Source: Promethearchaeota archaeon
GTDB taxonomy: Archaea; Asgardarchaeota; Lokiarchaeia; Sigyniarchaeales; SOKP01
DNA length: 64,000 nucleotides
Direction of reading: 5' to 3'
Assembly (NCBI GenBank): GCA_048937405.1
Contig: JBHLNF010000003.1
Location: 32,001-96,000, forward strand
In this document: positions 19,921-28,957 of the stretch, piece by piece
Position numbering within the stretch: the stretch's first letter is position 1
Layout: each line of letters opens with the position of its first letter
The notes under the pieces: model-generated
The model's database searches: none
What the model was told of the DNA's origin: nothing
The model's input: only the letters and a program-made list of their open reading frames with translations
Made by a program: the position numbers and the translations under genes

Positions 19921-20394
19921 TTAATTGTTAATTTTTTTAAGAATTTTTAAAATTTCATCGTTTTCCGGGATATCATGCATATTTTTTCCATAATATGCAT
20001 ATTGAATAATCCCTTTCTTGTCAATTATTAATAGTCCAGGCATTCGACCCAATTTAATCCACCTTTTTTCTTGTTTTAACATCGTAGAAACTTTCTTTGA
20101 CTCATCATAAAAAATAGCATATTTTCGCGCATATTTCTGTTCCATTTTTTTTGCATTTTTTTCATTATCTACCAAGATTGGATATAAGAAAGTATCTAAA
20201 TTTTCAAATTTATCAATATCTCTTCTTAATCTAGCAGCATGCCATCGACAAAATGGTCAATTGATATCTCTAAATAACACAATCACAACGTTTTTTTTAT
20301 TTTCAAAATCTCTAATATTTAATGTTTCACCTCTAGAATTTGGCAGACTAAATTCATCGATTCTAGTACCAACTAAATTGAATTTATCTTTCAA
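19921..20394 (-). CDS. Peroxiredoxin-like (AhpC/TSA, PrxL) selenoprotein with UxxC; Sec at codon 46
   Basis: The frame extends upstream of the 84-aa track ORF through TGA (20257-20259): LKDKFNLVGTRIDEFSLPNSRGETLNIRDFENKKNVVIVLFRDIN-U-PFCRWHAARL...PGLLIIDKKGIIQYAYYG; TTG start inferred. Confidence 0.85.
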
Positions 20395-20578
20395 TTTGAT
20401 ATCTCTTTGGTTTTTATTTATTTTTTTGATAAAAAAAGATCAAAATGATTTAATAATATCTCTATTAAGAATTATAAACTTCAACTCCTAAAATAAAATC
20501 ATGATTATGAAACAAAACCATAGATAAAATAATAACTCTAGATTATTTTTATTGTTTCATTTTTATTTTTAGCGGGAT

Positions 20579-22231
20579 TCAAGCTTCTAAAACATAAAGT
20601 GGCCATTTTTTTAAAACACCTTTAGGATTTTTCCCACTTCTGACTTTCTCTAACATCTCAGAACGTGTAGCTAAGAAGTCAACTGGATTATTCTTAATTA
20701 ATTCTATTTCTATATCATTATTCAAGATAGCTTCTTTAAAATTTTCATTTCTAATACATTCAAGTAAGACTTTCTTATAGCTATTTAAATCAGAACAATT
20801 TTTTTCTTTATTACTATAAAGAAATAATTTCAAACTATTTTTGACAGAATTTTTATAATTTACTAATAATAGGGAATCAATATTTAAGATACAATTTTCC
20901 TTCAAACAATTTAATAATAAACGAGGATTTATAATTTCGAAATCAGGAAAATTGAAATAATCACCAGCAAAAACTTTATAATACGATTTAATATCAATTT
21001 CTTTTAATAGTTTTATAGGATATTTTAATTCAAAAGTTGAACGTAAAATAGTTCCATCTATTTGAGGTAAACCTTCCTGATTTTTTATCGAAATAACATC
21101 ACCCATGTCTATATTAATTAAAACTCTTGAGTTATTAAGCCTAGAAACATAAAGCTTGCCAAATTCATTTTTAGTTCTAGAAATTAAAGCTTTTCTTCCT
21201 TTATATTCTAATACTGGAAGTGTTAAAGGAAAAATGTACATCCTGTTTAAACGTGATAATGTAAAATCACCTTCATTTATACTAGCAGCAAATGGTCCTA
21301 TTTCAGAGGCTACATAAAGATTAATAAATTTTTCTTGACCTTTCTCCCAATTCATTAATTTTCTAATTAATTTCCAATCAAATTCAGAGAGTGAGCTTAT
21401 ACTGAATATTAAGGTAGCATTCCTTATTTTTTCAGATAATCTTTTTTGAATATCTTTTGAAATAGAATCTATTCCCTTTTTTTTTATGTCGAGTAAAAAT
21501 TTCTCCGTAAGAGGATTGTCGGTTTGTTTTATCGAATTAAGTGAACTTTTTAATCCAATTTTAAGTCTGTTAATATCTGCCCATCCCAAGATAGTTATAG
21601 CAGGAGCGGAAATAACGGAGACATTCTCAATCATTAAAATATTAGAAAGGATCTCTAAATTCTTTGAATTTTTGTATTCATAAAAAGAATAAGACTGTGG
21701 CTTAATAATAGAGAGCATTATTCGTTGGGAAAATTCTGAAGAATAAAGTGACACATATTCTTTATCTTCATACTTATTAAATCCATCAAATTTAAGGCGT
21801 GATGGGACAAAAATAATAGCTGATGATCTAGAATTTAATCCACTTGATTCAAAAATTGCTTGCATTCCAGGAGCCCATTGCCTTTTTACGATATCATGTG
21901 CCATATAGAACCATTTTAACATAGATAAATTACTATTAGTAGTACCTGAAGTATGACAGAAAATTAAAGGACTAAAATCGTCGGTTCTATCTAAAAATTT
22001 TTTTAAATCTATCGAAAAATGGCTAGAAGAAGTAGTTTCAATTTTTACTTTTTCTATAATATCTTCAACAGATGATAATCCTGAAAGATTCAATGCTAAT
22101 TCTTCATATTCTTCTTTAGAACGAATTTCCAGCCAATCTCGCCAACTTACTGACTTAATGTTTGAAAAAGAAGCATTAAAGGCTTCTTGAACTTTAACAT
22201 CAAAATCAAATGAGTTCAAAATATTCTCCAA
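20579..22231 (-). CDS. GH3/PaaK-like adenylate-forming (ANL superfamily) enzyme
   Basis: P-loop FCHTSGTTNS, YVASEIG and IDMGDVI, matching the three ANL/GH3 core motifs. Confidence 0.65.
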   Translation of the reverse strand: MENILNSFDFDVKVQEAFNASFSNIKSVSWRDWLEIRSKEEYEELALNLSGLSSVEDIIEKVKIETTSSSHFSIDLKKFLDRTDDFSPLIFCHTSGTTNSNLSMLKWFYMAHDIVKRQWAPGMQAIFESSGLNSRSSAIIFVPSRLKFDGFNKYEDKEYVSLYSSEFSQRIMLSIIKPQSYSFYEYKNSKNLEILSNILMIENVSVISAPAITILGWADINRLKIGLKSSLNSIKQTDNPLTEKFLLDIKKKGIDSISKDIQKRLSEKIRNATLIFSISSLSEFDWKLIRKLMNWEKGQEKFINLYVASEIGPFAASINEGDFTLSRLNRMYIFPLTLPVLEYKGRKALISRTKNEFGKLYVSRLNNSRVLINIDMGDVISIKNQEGLPQIDGTILRSTFELKYPIKLLKEIDIKSYYKVFAGDYFNFPDFEIINPRLLLNCLKENCILNIDSLLLVNYKNSVKNSLKLFLYSNKEKNCSDLNSYKKVLLECIRNENFKEAILNNDIEIELIKNNPVDFLATRSEMLEKVRSGKNPKGVLKKWPLYVLEA

Positions 22232-22349
22232 AATAGTAATCTATATTCCAGATAATATAACAATCATATGTGTGATTATTTCTTTTATCTAATAGAATTA
22301 ATAAAGAAAATAAAAATTAAATTGTTTTTTCAAGTATAATTTATAGAAA

Positions 22350-22880
22350 TCAATTAATTCCATATAAACCAGTCTCAGAATCTTGAAAAATTGGCAAGTG
22401 TGGTGGTAGATAGGTAAAAATTATCATTAGTAATCCTAACCCTACAATAACTAGCCAGGAAACAATATTTATCCATTTGGGAAGTGTATCTAAGCTAATA
22501 ATTCTATAACTAATCAATTGACCAATAATAACACCTATAAAAAAACTTAATATATCGATTATAAGAATTTCAGTACCTATTATTGCTGTATAAGTATAAA
22601 AGACAATTAAAATTGTACCAATACTTATTAATGCAGACAGAGCTTTTCCAATTATTATATTGTTTGCTTTATCTTTTATAAAATGACATTCTATTAAAGA
22701 AAGAAAGATTAAAGGCCAATAGGGAAGTTTTAAATGTTCCCATACGCTTTCATTGACAGGAGCAATTGCTCCAATAGGGGACCAAGAAAAAAGCCATTCG
22801 AATAGAAAATGGAACAAAGTACCAGTAATTAATATAAAGATTATACCAGCAATTTCCCATTTTAGTATACTGTTTTTCAT
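22350..22880 (-). CDS. DUF6512-like membrane protein
   Basis: GTLFHFLFEW...PVNESVWEHLKL; about 5 TM; C-terminal TYLPPHLPIFQD...YG. Confidence 0.7.
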   Translation of the reverse strand: MKNSILKWEIAGIIFILITGTLFHFLFEWLFSWSPIGAIAPVNESVWEHLKLPYWPLIFLSLIECHFIKDKANNIIIGKALSALISIGTILIVFYTYTAIIGTEILIIDILSFFIGVIIGQLISYRIISLDTLPKWINIVSWLVIVGLGLLMIIFTYLPPHLPIFQDSETGLYGIN

Positions 22881-23157
22881 TTTTCAATCAATATTATTGT
22901 AATTCAATTTAAAAAATTCTCATAAATAGATTATAATAAGAAATATACCAAAACTCTGATAATCTAAAACAGAATTTGTTTAAAAAAAATTTGGTTTTAT
23001 CTTAATAAAAAATATCTAACAGAAAGTTTATTATAATCAGAGTTTATTGTAATTATTTTATAATTTATATTTCAATTACTTAAAGCCTAAGAAAAGAGAA
23101 ATAATAAGAGAAAAAAATCATTTAAGGATATAAGGTAGGAAGCAAATTTTATAAATA

Positions 23158-23654
23158 TCAGATTTTTTCATATCTTTCAACTTCTACTTTCCCCCACGCT
23201 TCGAATTTCTTGTCCAATTCATCAATAAAGTTGTATATCGTTTCTTGATTAATGATAAGGATGTCGTTATCAATCTTGAACCCATATTCTTTTGCCCATT
23301 CAAATATTTTTGAATTAAATTCATCTTTATTCATCAGGAGAGGGCATTTCTCATCATTTCAAGGTTTAGTTTTGAAGATATACTCGTCATTTCTCTCAAC
23401 TTTTCTAAAATCTTCTTGTCCTTTTTTCTTTCAATTCTTTATTTTACTTCCCCCTCTGGAGATTTTACCTTGACGAAAAAATCACCCTCAATTACAAAAC
23501 CATATTCCATTGCCCATTTGAGAATTTTGACATCAAATAATCTTTGATAATCTGGAATTTTATAATCAATATTAAGATACTTTTTCATCAAGTTAATATT
23601 AATTCTGTCAGATGTCCGGAACATTTCTTTTGCTTTTTTTTCTAATTCTGTCAT
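23158..23654 (-). pseudogene. Disrupted gene with two tandem copies of a Loki-type helical domain (KI.(E/K)WA.EYGF.I)
   Basis: The frame continues past TAA at 23439-23441 (RIERKKDKKILEKLREMTSISSKLNLEMMRNA). After a frameshift near 23340 it reads LLMNKDEFNSKIFEWAKEYGFKIDNDILIINQETIYNFIDELDKKFEAW...KI*. Confidence 0.7.
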
Positions 23655-23956
23655 TTTTCAATTTAAGTAAAATTTATTTTACTATTTATTAATTAAATAT
23701 ATCTAACGTATATAAAAGTTAGTTTAAGGGTGTAATACATTATTAGAACTCATATGATTACCTACTAATTCAAGTATATTTCTAAAGAACAGTGTTTGAA
23801 TTCTAACATCTACTCTCTGTGTGGTAATCTATGCTTTATCTCAACAAAAAAGTTCTAATTGAAAAATAATGTAATTAGATTTTATTTGGATTACTTTCTA
23901 ATTTATACTTTAAGTATCAAAAATCTAAAAAAAATTGAAGTAGTTTAAGAAAAAAT

Positions 23957-24142
23957 TCATTTATGGATATTAACATTTTTCTTTAAATCATTTAATGCTG
24001 TTATTATAATTTCCAATATTGTTTCTCTAACTTTTGGATTTCCCTCGGTAAAATTCTTTATCTTGGAAACTATATCATCTATAAAATTCATTTGTTCGTA
24101 ATTTAATCCCATCATTTCCGCCTTTTTCACGATTTCAATCAA
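23957..24142 (-). CDS. Small helical hypothetical protein (possibly 5'-truncated)
   Basis: 61-aa ORF with TTG start; an in-frame ATG at 24163 is cut off by TAA at its third codon. Confidence 0.4.
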   Translation of the reverse strand: MIEIVKKAEMMGLNYEQMNFIDDIVSKIKNFTEGNPKVRETILEIIITALNDLKKNVNIHK

Positions 24143-24320
24143 ATTTTTTCTGTTTTATGCCATCAAATCATAAACTAGAATATTAATAAATATAGATATA
24201 ATGTTTTAAATTTTTTTCTCCTCAATTAATAAAATTTTCACGATAAAAGCGTATTAATAAGGTAATCGAAGTAGAAATTTGTATAGTTCAAAAACATAAC
24301 AAATTTTTTTGATCTTACGA

Positions 24321-25286
24321 TTATGGTGTTAATTTATGTAACCCCTGTGAGAAAATCTTTTCTTTATACCATGATATTTGATTTCGAAGTACCGCTTCCA
24401 AACTAGTATGAGGTTCATAACCCAATATCTGCCGGGCTTTATTAATATTAGCTCGAGTATGTAACTGATCTCCTGGTCGTTTAGGTTTCATATCAAAACG
24501 AGCTTTTTTTCCCATTATTTTTTCAACAATAGTGATACCTTCCTTGGTTGTGATTTCTTTATCAGAACCAATATTAAAAATCTCGCCAATACATTTTTCA
24601 GGATGCTTAAGAACTAATAAAAAACCAGTCAAGATATCGGAAATTGCTGTATAACTACGTGAGTGACTTAGACTATCTTCATATAATGGAAAAGGCTCAT
24701 CTATTAAAATAGAACGTATAAGCTTTGTGTATAACTTCTCTGGTCGCTCACGTGGACCTAGAACTGAGAAGATTCTTAAAGAACATGCAGGTAATCCTTT
24801 TTCTCTTTGATAGACTAAAACTAATTGTTCAGCGGCTAATTTAGTAACACCATAGTATGAAGTCGGTTTTGGAGCACTATCTTCCGCATCATATGCAAAT
24901 TTACCATAAATGGATGATGTAGCAACATTGACAAAACATTTTAAACCAGAGAGAAATTTTACAGCCTCCAGTAATTTATAAGTTGCATTTAAGTTATTGC
25001 GTACATATTCTTCATATGCAGTTGTGCTTGAAATACCAGGTTGAGCAGCTAAATGAAAAATAAACTGGACATTTTTAACAACATCAGATAAATCATCACT
25101 AACTAAATCAATTTCTAAAATCTGTACACCTTTAGCGGAAATTTCTTCCGCATTAAGACGTTTTAATTCAGGAGCGTAATATGGATTGAAATTGTCAATA
25201 CCTATGACTTCATGCCCCATTTCGGATAAAGTTTCAGATAAGTGAGAACCTATAAATCCTGCAGCACCAGTAACAAGAATTTTCAT
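24321..25286 (-). CDS. NAD-dependent nucleotide-sugar epimerase/dehydratase (UDP-glucuronate epimerase-like)
   Basis: TGAAGFIG, HLAAQPG, TSSIYG, YGVTK, GPRERP. Confidence 0.9.
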   Translation of the reverse strand: MKILVTGAAGFIGSHLSETLSEMGHEVIGIDNFNPYYAPELKRLNAEEISAKGVQILEIDLVSDDLSDVVKNVQFIFHLAAQPGISSTTAYEEYVRNNLNATYKLLEAVKFLSGLKCFVNVATSSIYGKFAYDAEDSAPKPTSYYGVTKLAAEQLVLVYQREKGLPACSLRIFSVLGPRERPEKLYTKLIRSILIDEPFPLYEDSLSHSRSYTAISDILTGFLLVLKHPEKCIGEIFNIGSDKEITTKEGITIVEKIMGKKARFDMKPKRPGDQLHTRANINKARQILGYEPHTSLEAVLRNQISWYKEKIFSQGLHKLTP

Positions 25287-25462
25287 AATTCAATCGTATT
25301 TAATTTAAAAAGTATTTATATCTTACTTTTAATAATTTAAAGAAAGTCAAAAAGATAATGTATTACAATTTGGATAATAAATTAAATATTTTTCAGAAAA
25401 TATTTAAAATTCTTTCCTTCTTGATTTAATCTATTATCATATTTTTTTGGTAACCCTAAATA

Positions 25463-26470
25463 ATGAAGGCTGCTGTATTTAATGGGAAAGAAATAACGAT
25501 AAGAAATGTATCTGAACCTAAAATAAAAGGCTCTGAAGTTTTGGTTCGTGTTAAAGTAGCTGGAATCTGTGGTACAGATCTTGCTATCGTTAATGGAGAT
25601 CTCCCAACACCAACTCCAATTATTTTAGGGCATGAATTTGTTGGTATAGTTGAAAAAGTAGGTAAGGATGTTGATAAATCTTGGATAAATAAGAGAATAA
25701 CTTCAGAAATTAATACTAATATTGATTTTAACTGTTATTATTGCAAATTAGGGTTATATACTCAATGTGTTTCTCGTAAGGCGATTGGAATTGATATTAA
25801 CGGTGCTCTAGCTGAATATATTGCTTTAGAATCATACTTATTACATGAAATTCCAGATTCTATTTCAGATGATGATGCTACATTTATTGAACCTCTTGCT
25901 GCCGCCTTCCAAACCTTCGAAATGATGCCTATAGGTGAAGATGATAACGTTATCGCTATTTTTGGGCTTGGTAAGCTTGGATTATTGATAAGTCAAGTCG
26001 CTAAATTAAAAGGATTAGAAATAATTGCGGTGGATGAGTCAGAAAGGAAATTAAAGTTAGCAAAAAAATTGGGAGTTAAAGAAATAATTAATAGATTACA
26101 GGAAAAAAACATTCCGAAAGTAATACAAAACTTCACAAATGGGCTAGGAGCAGATATTGTGATAGATGCGACAGGTAATCCGAATGCATTAGGGGAAATA
26201 GTTGCTTCTTGTAGAACGAGAGGAAAAATACATATAAAAAGTACACATGGTTTAGAAACACCTATTAATCTCACTGATATTGTTGTAAGAGAATTAACTC
26301 TTTATAGTAGTAGATGTGGTCCATTTGATAAAGCTATAGAGGGAATAAAATCGGGAAAAATAAAAGTTAATGAATTAATATCTAAGAAATTTCAATTAAA
26401 TAATATAAAAGAAGCCATTGAATCTTATAAAATAAGCAAGGATCATATTAAGACGATAATTCAAATATAA
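25463..26470 (+). CDS. Zn-dependent alcohol dehydrogenase (MDR family)
   Basis: GICGTD, GHEF, EPLAAA, GLGKLG. Confidence 0.9.
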   Translation: MKAAVFNGKEITIRNVSEPKIKGSEVLVRVKVAGICGTDLAIVNGDLPTPTPIILGHEFVGIVEKVGKDVDKSWINKRITSEINTNIDFNCYYCKLGLYTQCVSRKAIGIDINGALAEYIALESYLLHEIPDSISDDDATFIEPLAAAFQTFEMMPIGEDDNVIAIFGLGKLGLLISQVAKLKGLEIIAVDESERKLKLAKKLGVKEIINRLQEKNIPKVIQNFTNGLGADIVIDATGNPNALGEIVASCRTRGKIHIKSTHGLETPINLTDIVVRELTLYSSRCGPFDKAIEGIKSGKIKVNELISKKFQLNNIKEAIESYKISKDHIKTIIQI

Positions 26471-26587
26471 AGCTTATGTATTCTTACCAGTTTTAGTTAA
26501 AATTTAAATTTAGAAAAAAAAACATTGAATTTTTTAGAAACAAACTCTTAATTACTAATAATATAGTAAAATCAATGATTTTATAGA

Positions 26588-28414
26588 ATGCAAAAAGTTG
26601 TACAACAATCATCAGAAAGTATTTCAAAAGAAGATGTTCCAAAAGAAGAAATAAAATTTCAATACTTTTGGTATCTAGTTATTTTTTTTACAATATACTT
26701 AATATCGTTGATAGTACCCGCATTTATATTCATGACTTATATATTCCTCTTTTTTTTACCATATTTTTTAAAAATTAGAAATTTTTTTACTCTTTTTACT
26801 GAAATTAATTCAATTATAGCTTTAGTATCGATGCCATTAATTATCATTGGTTGTTATTTTATTCGATTGTTTTTAATTGGATTCATTACTCGTGGATTTT
26901 GGACTTTAAGCGAAAAAAAATCACCAAGCAAAAATGGTATAATACCTAGGAATTTTTCGAGTAAAACATTGAATTATTACCACATTAGAAGCATGATGAT
27001 TAAATACGGAAAGAATATGTTTACTAAAGGAATTCTACCATGGTTTAGTAATTGGTTTTTTAACTATGTGGGATCAATTAAAATTGGAAAAGGTACAACT
27101 TTAGAAGAAAGTATAATGAATGATAAATTTGCTATTGTTGGAAATAATTGTTATTTTGGCGTCAATTCTGCTTTAGCTAGTCATATGGTAGACGGTACTC
27201 TTGGAAATATTAATTATTTCCAAGTAAAGATCGGAGATAATGTAACAACTGCAGGAACAAATCTAATAGCAGCGGGATCAGAGGTAAATGGGAATTCCTA
27301 TTTACTTCCTTTAGCTTCAACTGGTAAACACAGTATGATAAAGAAAGAAAATAATTATTTTTTTGGAATCCCTATGAGAAGAATTTTCAGAAAGAAATTG
27401 ATGAAGTATTTAGATTTAACTCCAAGACATTTTGATATTAATGAAAATATTGAGAAGTACAGGGATAAAAAAACAATAAATAAATTAAAAACTGAGATAA
27501 ATAATATTAGACCACAACCTGAGAGTAAACTTAAAATTGAGAAGTCTCAAGAAGAAAAAATTGATATAAATAAGTTGACTGAAAATGATTTAAAAATTGA
27601 TTTTACAACAAGTAGTGCCATTTCAAGAGTTAATATTAAATTCTTAGCGGTATATCTTCCAATTTTTTGGCTTTCTGGAATGGTAGACACTATAGTTTTC
27701 TATACATTTATATATTATGTTCCAAATGGTTTTTTAATGGCATTTTTTCTTCCAGCAATGATAATTATTATGTGGTTTGTATTTATTATGGGTTGTTTCT
27801 TTTTTAGCAAACTATTTTTAGTGTTGATAAATTTAATCCATAAGCCAAAAGAAGGCATATTTAAGGCAGAAATTGGAGATACTGATTTTGAATTTTGGTG
27901 TTTGCGTACTGAATTAAAAAAAATTGTTCTGTGGCTCATAAGAAATTGGCCTATTCCTTGGATGGATATTTTAGCTTTTAAATGGTTTGGAATAAAGATG
28001 ACTTTAAACAGTTCATTATATGATTCATGGTGTGATGGTGAGTTTATTACATTTGGTCGAAGAGTTTTGGTGGGTCAAGGAGCTTCTATAAATTCTTCTA
28101 TGGTATTAGGAAAGTACTTAATTATAAAAAGAGTAATATGTGGTGATTATTCTCTTATTGGTGGACAATCCACAATCTCACCTGGTAGTATCATAGGGAA
28201 GGAAACATTTGTTAGTGCGATTTCAAATACTGTTTATAATCAGGTACTTGAATCGGGCTGGCTCTATATGGGAATTCCAGTTACAAAATTAAAAAGAAAT
28301 AAATATGCTAAAGAAAGAAGAGATATAATCATAAAAAGAGATATAAATGAACAAATGAAATTTGAAATCGAACATGAAGTAAATGTTGATGAAGATAAGA
28401 ATCATGTGGCATAA
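26588..28414 (+). CDS. Fused A-B membrane LbH acyltransferase-like protein
   Basis: N-half aligns with 15327-16250 (SPSKNGIIPRN, LASHMVDG); C-half from DFTTSSAISR (~27599) aligns with 16243-17133. Confidence 0.82.
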   Translation: MQKVVQQSSESISKEDVPKEEIKFQYFWYLVIFFTIYLISLIVPAFIFMTYIFLFFLPYFLKIRNFFTLFTEINSIIALVSMPLIIIGCYFIRLFLIGFITRGFWTLSEKKSPSKNGIIPRNFSSKTLNYYHIRSMMIKYGKNMFTKGILPWFSNWFFNYVGSIKIGKGTTLEESIMNDKFAIVGNNCYFGVNSALASHMVDGTLGNINYFQVKIGDNVTTAGTNLIAAGSEVNGNSYLLPLASTGKHSMIKKENNYFFGIPMRRIFRKKLMKYLDLTPRHFDINENIEKYRDKKTINKLKTEINNIRPQPESKLKIEKSQEEKIDINKLTENDLKIDFTTSSAISRVNIKFLAVYLPIFWLSGMVDTIVFYTFIYYVPNGFLMAFFLPAMIIIMWFVFIMGCFFFSKLFLVLINLIHKPKEGIFKAEIGDTDFEFWCLRTELKKIVLWLIRNWPIPWMDILAFKWFGIKMTLNSSLYDSWCDGEFITFGRRVLVGQGASINSSMVLGKYLIIKRVICGDYSLIGGQSTISPGSIIGKETFVSAISNTVYNQVLESGWLYMGIPVTKLKRNKYAKERRDIIIKRDINEQMKFEIEHEVNVDEDKNHVA

Positions 28415-28429
28415 TAAATCGTTTAGATT

Positions 28430-28825
28430 TTAGTTTATTTTTAAATTTAATTGCTTTTTTAAAAAACTCTTTAAATTTTGGCAATTAAGTTTGTATTCTT
28501 TTCTGTTTTTATAAAAAAGATTAGTTCTTGGGCAATCCTTATCAAGTGTGCATTTCTTTTTGCTAGTGTCATAAATCATTGGATAGAATCTACATCCCTG
28601 AGGTCGAGATTTATAAATCTTACATTTCATTAAGTTATTGTCAAAAAAGACGCATTTTTCTATAGAATTTTTTAACTGAAAAAAACCATTTTGATTTTTA
28701 AAGATGAATTCTTCCTCTTCTAATTTTTTTGGATAGTTTTGGATTATTAAATCAATATCCTGCTGAGATAAAATCATTTCTGTATTGATACAGCATTTTC
28801 CACAAGACTCACATTTGTTTTTCAT
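28430..28825 (-). CDS. YkgJ-family cysteine-cluster (CxxCxxCC) protein
   Basis: CESCGKCC...CVFF...CKIYKSRPQGCRFYP. Confidence 0.85.
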   Translation of the reverse strand: MKNKCESCGKCCINTEMILSQQDIDLIIQNYPKKLEEEEFIFKNQNGFFQLKNSIEKCVFFDNNLMKCKIYKSRPQGCRFYPMIYDTSKKKCTLDKDCPRTNLFYKNRKEYKLNCQNLKSFLKKQLNLKIN

Positions 28826-28957
28826 TGTAAATTATTATTTTTGTGTTAATTTAATAAATTTTAAAGGAAGGTAAATATCTAGTAAAATATAATAATTATT
28901 AATTGCTTTTTAATTGAGTAAAATATAATCTAAAATGACAATTAAGACAAAAAAGTA

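Noticed and set aside
20490-20569. Long imperfect inverted repeat upstream of the selenoprotein as a 5' SECIS
   Set aside because: Almost entirely A/T, and ATGA pairs Watson-Crick with TCAT rather than forming tandem G.A pairs; likely chance or a terminator
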